Shown piece after piece: positions 34,717-41,966 of a stretch of 64,000 nt of DNA. The DNA is from an uncultured Acidobacteriaceae bacterium (GTDB lineage: Bacteria; Acidobacteriota; Terriglobia; Terriglobales; Acidobacteriaceae). Location of the stretch: positions 45,900 through 109,899 of the forward strand of contig CAWIJP010000015.1 of NCBI GenBank assembly GCA_963836305.1, in the 5' to 3' direction. A program made the position numbers and the translations under genes. The notes beneath the pieces were generated by a model that saw only the letters and a program-made list of their open reading frames with translations, searched no databases and was not told the DNA's origin. Within the stretch, counting starts at the first letter, position 1. Each line of letters begins with the position of its first letter.

Positions 34717-34983
34717 TCACTTCCCGGTATCTACTTCCATCCCCTGTTCGCACAACACCTGGCAGCTTCGGCAATGCGGTTTCCCGTCGATGGTCACGCG
34801 GCACTCAAAACAAATCCCCATACCACACAAAGGACCACGAGGTTCGCCATTCATGGACCTGCGGCAAGCTTGTCCCGCAATTCCAATGGCGACCGCGACC
34901 GTCGAAACTGACGGAACCACAACTGGCACCCCATTGACCGTCACGGTGACTTGATCAGGCACGACAGGACTAAGCATGCACAT
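34717..34983 (-). CDS. Small (2Fe-2S)-binding subunit (HcnA-like gamma subunit)
   Basis: 88 aa. 'VTVNGVPVVVP' and Cys cluster 'GPLCGMGICFECRVTIDGKPHCRSCQ'. Overlaps the upstream gene end (ATG at 34983 or 34977). Confidence 0.8.
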   Translation of the reverse strand: MCMLSPVVPDQVTVTVNGVPVVVPSVSTVAVAIGIAGQACRRSMNGEPRGPLCGMGICFECRVTIDGKPHCRSCQVLCEQGMEVDTGK

Positions 34984-36100
34984 GCTCCTTCACGGTCCGC
35001 GAGGGCAAGTACGGTTCGATGGGAATCTCTGATTTTTCCCCGGTGATCTGGTCGGCGAGGAGGCGCGCCGTGCCCAGAGATGTGGTAATTCCCAAGCCTT
35101 CATGGCCCGTCGCCAGGAATACTGTTTTATCTCCGGTTGATCGTCCAATCAGTGGAAGCTTGTCGGGAGTGGCGGCGCGAAACCCCGTCCAGGTGCGCAC
35201 GGTCGATACTTGAGCCAGACCAGGCATGTACTCCTGAGCACGTTGCAGCATCCGCACCAGCATGAAGTTATCCACGGCCTTGTGCTCCGCACCGTACTGC
35301 CGCGAAGATCCGATAAGAATCTGACCGGTTCGGCGAGGCTGCACGTTAAACGCCACTGAATCGGCAGTTAGCGAGTGAGCGCTCTTGAGATAGCCAAGTT
35401 CCACCAATTGATGCCGCACCAATCCCGGATAGCGGTCGGTGATAACGAGATGCCCCTTCCTCTTCTGGATTTCAACTCCCGGCGTTAGTTCTGGAGCAGA
35501 AGCTCCCGTCGCATTCACGATGATCTCTGCCAGGATCTTCGAGCCGTCAGTGAACTCAACACTTCCTTGGCCGATCTGCGCAACGGTAACGTCGAGCCGA
35601 ACTTTCGTTCCACGTTCCTGCGCGCGATCCAGGAGAAAGCGTGCGGCACACGGCGGATACAACACACCATCTTCTGGAACAAGAAGACCGCCAGCCAGGT
35701 CGGGTCGAAGATTGGGCTCGAGACTTTGTAAGGCGCGCGCGTCGAGCACTTCGGTAGGAACTCTGCGCTTTTCGTAGTAGTCGTGTTTGCGGCGCACCTC
35801 GATCATCTCTTCTTGGTCAGCCGCAACCCAGATGGTGCCGCACTGATCGTATTCCACGTCATCCGGCAATGTGGATCTCGATTCCTGCCACAGTTGCTGG
35901 GAGTAGCGAGTCAGCGCAAACTGGGCATCGGAATCGTCCATCACGACGATGTGCCCCATCCCGGCTGCGGTAGCGCCGCTTCCCACGATGTCCCGATCAA
36001 CAACCGCGACCTGCAGACCCCGGCGCGCCAATTCGTCGGCGCATGCCGCGCCCACAATTCCCGCGCCTACAACCGCGACGTCATAGGCTGCATTGCTCAT
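34970..36100 (-). CDS. FAD-dependent oxidoreductase (DAO family), D-hydroxyproline dehydrogenase beta-type subunit
   Basis: 'YDVAVVGAGIVGAACADELARRGLQVAVVDRD' (GxGxxG + acidic residue). 376 aa. 4-bp overlap with the epimerase gene. Confidence 0.85.
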   Translation of the reverse strand: MSNAAYDVAVVGAGIVGAACADELARRGLQVAVVDRDIVGSGATAAGMGHIVVMDDSDAQFALTRYSQQLWQESRSTLPDDVEYDQCGTIWVAADQEEMIEVRRKHDYYEKRRVPTEVLDARALQSLEPNLRPDLAGGLLVPEDGVLYPPCAARFLLDRAQERGTKVRLDVTVAQIGQGSVEFTDGSKILAEIIVNATGASAPELTPGVEIQKRKGHLVITDRYPGLVRHQLVELGYLKSAHSLTADSVAFNVQPRRTGQILIGSSRQYGAEHKAVDNFMLVRMLQRAQEYMPGLAQVSTVRTWTGFRAATPDKLPLIGRSTGDKTVFLATGHEGLGITTSLGTARLLADQITGEKSEIPIEPYLPSRTVKEHVHA

Positions 36101-37050
36101 GCGCGAATTCCCATCTGCAGCGGATCGCGCGGGTCCAGCACCAGTTCTGCCTCAGCGTTCACGAACGCCGATCCCGTGATGCTCGGATATACGTTGCCAT
36201 CAATAATCTTGACGCTGCCTTCAAACACGCTACCGACGATGCTTTCCTGTTTCCAGGTTTCGCCTTCGCGGATCTTGCCATCGGCATACAGGCAAGCCAG
36301 TTTGGCGCTGGTGCCAGTGCCGCAGGCTGAACGATCGTAAGCTTTGCCGGGGCAGAGAACGAAGTTCTTGCTATCAACCCCCGGGCGTTGAGATGGACCG
36401 AACAACTCGACGTGGTCGATCTCCCTGCCATCTGAACCAGTGATACCTTGTTTGCGAAGGGCCTGCCGGATGGCCCAGGTAAAGGCTGTCAGTTCGTCAA
36501 CATTCCCGAGGGTTAACTCCATGTCGTGTTTGCGCACGAGGAAGAACCAGTTTCCACCCCACGCCACGTCGCCTGTAACCTCGCCGTAACGGGGAACATC
36601 GACTGCGACATTCGCGGCACTGCGATAGCTTGCGACGTTATTTACCGTAACCTCACCGCCCTCATGCAGGACTGCACTGACGGTGCCCACCGGAGTCTCG
36701 ACCTTGTGCTGTCCGGGCCCGATGCGCTTCATGTAAGCCAACGTTGCAATCAGGCCTATGGTCCCATGGCCGCACATTCCCAAATAGCCAACATTATTAA
36801 AGAAGATCACCCCGGCGGCGCAGGCGGGATCTACTGGATCGGAGAGCAGTGCGCCCACTATCACGTCGGAGCCTCTGGGCTCATTCACAACGGCCGAGCG
36901 AAAATTGTCGTGCTTGTGGCGAAAACACTCCAACCGCTCCTCCAGCGGCCCGGAGCCGAGATCAGGCCCGCCACTCACTACCAAGCGGGTTGGTTCCCCG
37001 CCGGTGTGGGAATCGATAACCCGCACCCTATGGCATTGTTTGTTAATCAT
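36097..37050 (-). CDS. 4-hydroxyproline 2-epimerase (proline racemase family)
   Basis: 'VIDSHTGGEPTRLVVSGGP'. Both catalytic Cys motifs are present ('LGMCGHGTIG' and 'DRSACGTGTSA'), i.e. the Cys/Cys epimerase/racemase type rather than the Cys/Thr dehydratase type. ATG 37050 is preferred over the ORF-track start at 37146, which would run into the divergent permease gene. Confidence 0.85.
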   Translation of the reverse strand: MINKQCHRVRVIDSHTGGEPTRLVVSGGPDLGSGPLEERLECFRHKHDNFRSAVVNEPRGSDVIVGALLSDPVDPACAAGVIFFNNVGYLGMCGHGTIGLIATLAYMKRIGPGQHKVETPVGTVSAVLHEGGEVTVNNVASYRSAANVAVDVPRYGEVTGDVAWGGNWFFLVRKHDMELTLGNVDELTAFTWAIRQALRKQGITGSDGREIDHVELFGPSQRPGVDSKNFVLCPGKAYDRSACGTGTSAKLACLYADGKIREGETWKQESIVGSVFEGSVKIIDGNVYPSITGSAFVNAEAELVLDPRDPLQMGIRA

Positions 37051-37125
37051 GTTCGGTGGTTCAGGCCCGCGTCCGACAAGGCATCCACACAACGCTAGTT
37101 GAGTTTTAAGTAGCCGCCTGTCGTA

Positions 37126-37147
37126 TTTTATGGATACAATATGCAAT
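37126..37147 (+). promoter_or_regulatory. Candidate operator (site A) at the hyp-operon / permease divergent region
   Basis: TTTTATGGATACAATATGCAAT. Matches site G (41145-41166) at 17/22 positions and the reverse complement of site B (56926-56947) at 16/22 (counted by hand). Overlaps the permease ATG (37141). Confidence 0.4.
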
Positions 37148-38724
37148 CGTCAAACTCAATTTCGGCACTCTCCAAGGTACTGTTATTGATCGAAAAATAC
37201 ACTCCGCAGCGACCACCGGGAGATCGTGAACACCGGCAATTCGCACGCGGCTTGACTCTATTCGACTCGACCATGCTAGTGGTTGGGGCAATGATTGGGT
37301 CAGGAATCTTCATTGTCCCAGCGGAGATGGCGCGGGAGATTGGAAGCGCAGGCTGGTTGTTGGTCGCCTGGGGCGTGGCTGGCGCACTCACTATTGCAGG
37401 TGCGTTGTGTTACGGAGAACTCTCCGGCATGATGCCCCATGCTGGCGGCATGTATGTTTACCTGCGCGAGGCGTATTCGCCGTTATGGGGTTTCCTTTAT
37501 GGCTGGACCTTATTCTCCGTGATTGAGACGGGCACCATCGCGGCGGTGGCGGTTGCCTTCGCACGGTTTTCCGGAGTTCTTTGGCCGTCGATCTCGGAAG
37601 ACAAATATCTCATTGCACCCATTCGCTTCTCAAATCCCTACGCCGTGTCGCTATCAACTGCTCAACTGCTCGCGATTGGGGTGATCGCGTTGCTCACCTT
37701 CTGCAATACCCTCGGACTTCGCTACGGCAAGCTGGTTCAGAATGTCTTCACCGTGGCAAAGACGGGGGCGCTCGGCGGTCTCATTGTCTTGGGCATTTTC
37801 CTTGGGCGGAACGCAACTGCACTGCAGAGAAATTTTGATCATGCGTGGCACCCAGTCGGGATTAGTTCTTTGGGAGGCGGACTCACTGCGGCAACACTAT
37901 CCGGCTTGTTCGTTGCCATCTGTTTAAGCCAAACTGGAGCGCTGTTCTCCGCCGATTCATGGCACAACATCGCCTTCGCCGCCGGCGAAGTGAAGCATCC
38001 GGAGCGCAATGTCACGCTTGCCATGGCGATTGGAACAATCGTCGTCATTGGGCTTTATTTACTCGCCAACGTGGCTTATCTGGTGGCACTTCCGCTGAAA
38101 GTGATTCAGCATGCGCCTGCGGATCGTGTGGGAACCGCCACCTTGCGGGCGATTTTCCCCGGCACTGGCACGGCCCTCATGGCGGCCGCGATCATGATCT
38201 CGACCTTCGGCACCATCAATGCTCTAACGTTGACCGGAGCGCGCGTTTACTACGCGATGGCTCGGCAACGGCTCTTCTTCCCTTTCGCCGGCAAACTCAA
38301 TACAGCAAGCGTGCCCGCCGCATCGTTGCAGTTGCAAGGGCTCTGGGCGGCCGTGCTGGTATTGCCTCGCACCTATGATCCTGCAACGCAAGCTTGGGGA
38401 AACTTGTATAGCAATCTGCTCGAGTACGTTATTTCTGCCGCGCTGATTTTTTATGTGCTGACAGTAGCCGGAGTGTTCCGCCTTCGCGTCAAGCGGCCGG
38501 ATGCAGTCCGGCCGTACCGGACGATCGGATATCCGGTAATCCCTGCTTTTTACATTCTCGCGGCCAGTACGATCCTTTTTGTTCTGTTTGCACATCGTCC
38601 GGCGACCACCTGGCCGGGATTGCTCATCGTCTTATTGGGAATACCCGTTTACTTTCTGATTGCGAGAGCGGGACGAAGGCAAACCGCCGCCCGGCCTTCG
38701 GACCCTGAGATAGTTGATTTTTAG
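37141..38724 (+). CDS. APC-superfamily amino-acid permease
   Basis: 527 aa, about 12 hydrophobic helices. 'FDSTMLVVGAMIGSGIFIVPAEMA' and 'GELSGMMPHAGGMYVYLREA' are APC signatures. Divergent from the hyp operon. Confidence 0.85.
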   Translation: MQSSNSISALSKVLLLIEKYTPQRPPGDREHRQFARGLTLFDSTMLVVGAMIGSGIFIVPAEMAREIGSAGWLLVAWGVAGALTIAGALCYGELSGMMPHAGGMYVYLREAYSPLWGFLYGWTLFSVIETGTIAAVAVAFARFSGVLWPSISEDKYLIAPIRFSNPYAVSLSTAQLLAIGVIALLTFCNTLGLRYGKLVQNVFTVAKTGALGGLIVLGIFLGRNATALQRNFDHAWHPVGISSLGGGLTAATLSGLFVAICLSQTGALFSADSWHNIAFAAGEVKHPERNVTLAMAIGTIVVIGLYLLANVAYLVALPLKVIQHAPADRVGTATLRAIFPGTGTALMAAAIMISTFGTINALTLTGARVYYAMARQRLFFPFAGKLNTASVPAASLQLQGLWAAVLVLPRTYDPATQAWGNLYSNLLEYVISAALIFYVLTVAGVFRLRVKRPDAVRPYRTIGYPVIPAFYILAASTILFVLFAHRPATTWPGLLIVLLGIPVYFLIARAGRRQTAARPSDPEIVDF

Positions 38725-38771
38725 GATATAGAGTAGGTCTAAAAGTTCTGGGCTGGACCGGAGAAGATGAA

Positions 38772-41138
38772 ATGCTCGAAAACGTCAGGGCGCGCGTCCT
38801 CCGAAAGCTGAAGCGAATCACACCGAACCTGTTGCACGGAACAGTTGCAATGATCGCACTGATGATTGCGCTGGGATGGGTCGGTGCGCTCCCGCTGAAC
38901 GCCCAATCTCCGGCCACTCGCGAACTGCTGCGTCGCGCATTTCTTGACCAAGATTTTGCGGTTAAGTCGTTCGGACCGGTGCGCTGGCTGAACGGAGGAT
39001 CTTCCTACAGCACGCTTGAACCCTCCGCGGGAGCCGATAAGACAAACGAGATTGTGCGTTACGACACGGCCACAGCACAAAGAGAGATATTAGTTTCGGC
39101 GCAGCAAATTATCCCGCCCAACGAGAAAGAGCCAATCACGATTGAGGACTATGCCTTTTCCGGTGACATGAACCGGGTCTTGGTCTTTACCAATTCAAAA
39201 CGCGTTTGGCGTCAGAATACTCGCGGAGACTATTGGGTTCTGGATCGGAAATCCGGAGTTCTGCGGAAACTAGGAAACAGTGGACCTCCTTCGACCCTGA
39301 TGTTCGCGAAGTTCTCGCCCGACGGAACCAAAGTGGCATTTGTGCGCTTCAATAATATTTATGTTCAAGATCTTGAAAACGGAGAAATCACACGCCTGAC
39401 CTCAGACGGATCCGAAAAGATCATTAACGGAACATCCGATTGGGTCTATGAAGAGGAGTTCGACGTTCGTGACGCGTTCCGCTGGAGCCCTGATGGCAAG
39501 CGCATTGCCTACTGGCAGTTCGACACAAGTGCGGTCAAGAATTTCGCTTTGATCTACGACACAGGAAGGCCGTACGAACCGGTCACAAACATTCCTTATC
39601 CGGAGTTCGGCGTATATCCCACAGTTCGGGAAATTCCCTATCCGCAGCCCGGCACGCCTAATTCTGCGGTTCGCATTGGTGTTGTGCCGTCGATCGGCGG
39701 GGAGACTCGATGGATGCAGGTTCCAGGGTATGCGAACGACAATTACATCGCGCGTATGGACTGGGCTGGAGATTCAGAGACTCTGGTGATGCAACACTTG
39801 AATCGCCTGCAGAACACGAACGACGTCCTGCTGGCCGACGTGAAAACGGGCGAGGTGCGTAGCGTCTATCGCGACCATGACCGCGCGTGGGTGGAGGTTG
39901 TCGACCATTTGCAATGGCTCCATGCGGGCAAGGATTTTCTGTGGGTCAGCCAACAGCACAACTGGCGGCATGTTTACTTGATTTCCAGGGACGGAAAGCA
40001 GATACGTCTGGTGACTCCCGGGGAATTCGACGTGGTAGATTTGCTTGGGGCCGATCCCGCGGAACAGTGGATCTACTATACGGCTTCACCGGAAAATGCC
40101 ACGCAATTGTACCTGTACCGTGCCCGTCTCGACGGAAAAACAACTACAGAACAGTTGACACCGGCGAACCAGCCAGGGACTCATTCTTACAACCTTTCGC
40201 CAAATTTTGATTGGGCCATCCATAGTTATTCGACCTTCGACACGCCGCCGGTCACCGACCTTATTCGTCTGCCGGATCATCAAGCGGCAAGAGTGCTCGA
40301 GAATAACGAGCAATTGCGGTCTGCAGCAAAAGATCTTGTTTCCAGCCACACAGAGTTCTTCCGAGTAGACATCGGCGCTGGCGTAAAACTGGATGGCTGG
40401 CTGATCAAGCCGAAAGACTTTGACCCCTCCAGAAAGTATCCGATCCTCATCTATGTATACGGGGAACCGGCCGCCCAAACCGTGGTCGATCGCTGGGATG
40501 ACTGGAACGGAATTTTCCATCGCGCGTTGGCGCAGGCGGGCTACATCATCGCCAGCTTCGACAACCGTGGCACGCCCGCGCCGAAAGGGCGCGAGTGGCG
40601 AAAGGTCATATACGGCAACGTTGGAGTATTGTCGTCAAAAGAGCAGGCCTTGGCTCTGCAAGCCTTGGAACGAGCCAGGCCCTATATTGACCCAAGTCGT
40701 GTCGCGGTCTGGGGCCGCAGCGGAGGCGCTTCCAATACTCTGAACCTTATGTTTCGCCATCCCGAACTCTACAGGGTTGGCATGGCTGTAGCCCCGGTTG
40801 CCGATCAACGTTTATACGACAGCATTTATCAAGAGCGTTACATGGGATTGCCGCAAGACAATGCGGAGGGGTACAAGGCTGGCTCACCCATCAACTACGC
40901 CGAGGGACTCCGTGGCAGCTTGTTGCTGGTTCACGGCTCAGGCGACGACAACGTTCATTACCAGGGCTCGGAGCTACTGGTGAACCGTTTAATAGAGTTG
41001 GAAAAACCGTTTGACTTCATGACCTATCCCGGGCGAACGCACGCACTCGTGGAAGGAAAAGGGACGGCCTATCATCTTTATTGCCTGCTGGCGAGGTACA
41101 TCGAAGAGCACCTCCCAGCCGGCGCTGCGGAGCATTAG
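38772..41138 (+). CDS. Dipeptidyl-peptidase IV-type prolyl peptidase (S9B: DPPIV N-terminal propeller + S9 catalytic domain)
   Basis: Propeller signatures 'FSPDGTKVAFVRFNNIYVQDL' and 'GTSDWVYEEEF..WSPDGKRIAYWQFD'. Catalytic triad context 'VAVWGRSGGAS' (Ser), 'HGSGDDNVHY' (Asp) and 'YPGRTHAL' (His). Confidence 0.9.
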   Translation: MLENVRARVLRKLKRITPNLLHGTVAMIALMIALGWVGALPLNAQSPATRELLRRAFLDQDFAVKSFGPVRWLNGGSSYSTLEPSAGADKTNEIVRYDTATAQREILVSAQQIIPPNEKEPITIEDYAFSGDMNRVLVFTNSKRVWRQNTRGDYWVLDRKSGVLRKLGNSGPPSTLMFAKFSPDGTKVAFVRFNNIYVQDLENGEITRLTSDGSEKIINGTSDWVYEEEFDVRDAFRWSPDGKRIAYWQFDTSAVKNFALIYDTGRPYEPVTNIPYPEFGVYPTVREIPYPQPGTPNSAVRIGVVPSIGGETRWMQVPGYANDNYIARMDWAGDSETLVMQHLNRLQNTNDVLLADVKTGEVRSVYRDHDRAWVEVVDHLQWLHAGKDFLWVSQQHNWRHVYLISRDGKQIRLVTPGEFDVVDLLGADPAEQWIYYTASPENATQLYLYRARLDGKTTTEQLTPANQPGTHSYNLSPNFDWAIHSYSTFDTPPVTDLIRLPDHQAARVLENNEQLRSAAKDLVSSHTEFFRVDIGAGVKLDGWLIKPKDFDPSRKYPILIYVYGEPAAQTVVDRWDDWNGIFHRALAQAGYIIASFDNRGTPAPKGREWRKVIYGNVGVLSSKEQALALQALERARPYIDPSRVAVWGRSGGASNTLNLMFRHPELYRVGMAVAPVADQRLYDSIYQERYMGLPQDNAEGYKAGSPINYAEGLRGSLLLVHGSGDDNVHYQGSELLVNRLIELEKPFDFMTYPGRTHALVEGKGTAYHLYCLLARYIEEHLPAGAAEH

Positions 41139-41144
41139 AAATGC

Positions 41145-41166
41145 TTTTCTGGATATAACATACGAT
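41145..41166 (+). promoter_or_regulatory. Candidate operator (site G) upstream of the GntR gene
   Basis: TTTTCTGGATATAACATACGAT, about 60 bp upstream of ATG 41226. 17/22 identity to site A and 15/22 to the reverse complement of site B. Confidence 0.4.
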
Positions 41167-41225
41167 ATAGTAGTGGCTAGGTGGTTGAATTGAGCTTTAA
41201 GTCCCGTCTTGTCAACGCTTGAAAT

Positions 41226-41966
41226 ATGGACTTAGAAATTGCACCTGATTCCGCGATACAGCGCCAATCACTTACCTCGGCTGTGGCCGATAAGTTGCGC
41301 GACCAGATTATTCGAGGAGAAATTCCCGAAGGCGCTCAGCTCCGGCAGGATGCGATTGCGAATCAGTACCATGTGAGCCGTATTCCGGTTCGCGAAGCTT
41401 TGCGACAACTCGATGCGGAAGGTCTGATCGCAATCGTTCCCAATCGCGGTGCCATTGTACCCGCGTTATCCGCAAACGATGTCGAAGAGCTGTTTTCAAT
41501 TCGCGCTCTGCTTGAGCCCGAGGTCTTGAAGCTTTCCATTCCGAATCTGACGGAAGCGGATTTTTCAGAGGCCAGTTCCGTTTTGCGTGACTACGTAGAT
41601 GAACTTCGACGGGAAGACCATGTCTCGGCGTGGGGACGCCTCAACTGGCAATTTCATTCGATCCTCTATTCACGTGCGAACCAGCCGCGCTTCATGGCAA
41701 TCATTCGTAATGTCAACAATAGCGGAGAACGCTACACGCGCCTGCAGCTATACCTGACACACGGGACCAAACGCGCGAATGAAGAGCATCACCAGATTCT
41801 GGAGTTTTGCCGCCAACGCGACCAGGCTCGCGCCTGCAAGCTGCTACGCCAGCACATCCAATACGCCGGCGAGTCGCTGAAGGAAGCCCTGGAGAAAAAG
41901 CGGAGCGAGGCGCAGCTGAATGAGGACCATAATCCTGGACGATCGAAATCGCAGAAACCCCTATGA
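41226..41966 (+). CDS. GntR-family (FadR/FCD subfamily) transcriptional regulator
   Basis: wHTH 'LRQDAIANQYHVSRIPVREALRQLDAEGLIAIVPNRGAIV', then an all-helical FCD-like domain ('HSILYSRANQPRFMAIIRNV..HHQILEFCRQRD'). Confidence 0.9.
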   Translation: MDLEIAPDSAIQRQSLTSAVADKLRDQIIRGEIPEGAQLRQDAIANQYHVSRIPVREALRQLDAEGLIAIVPNRGAIVPALSANDVEELFSIRALLEPEVLKLSIPNLTEADFSEASSVLRDYVDELRREDHVSAWGRLNWQFHSILYSRANQPRFMAIIRNVNNSGERYTRLQLYLTHGTKRANEEHHQILEFCRQRDQARACKLLRQHIQYAGESLKEALEKKRSEAQLNEDHNPGRSKSQKPL

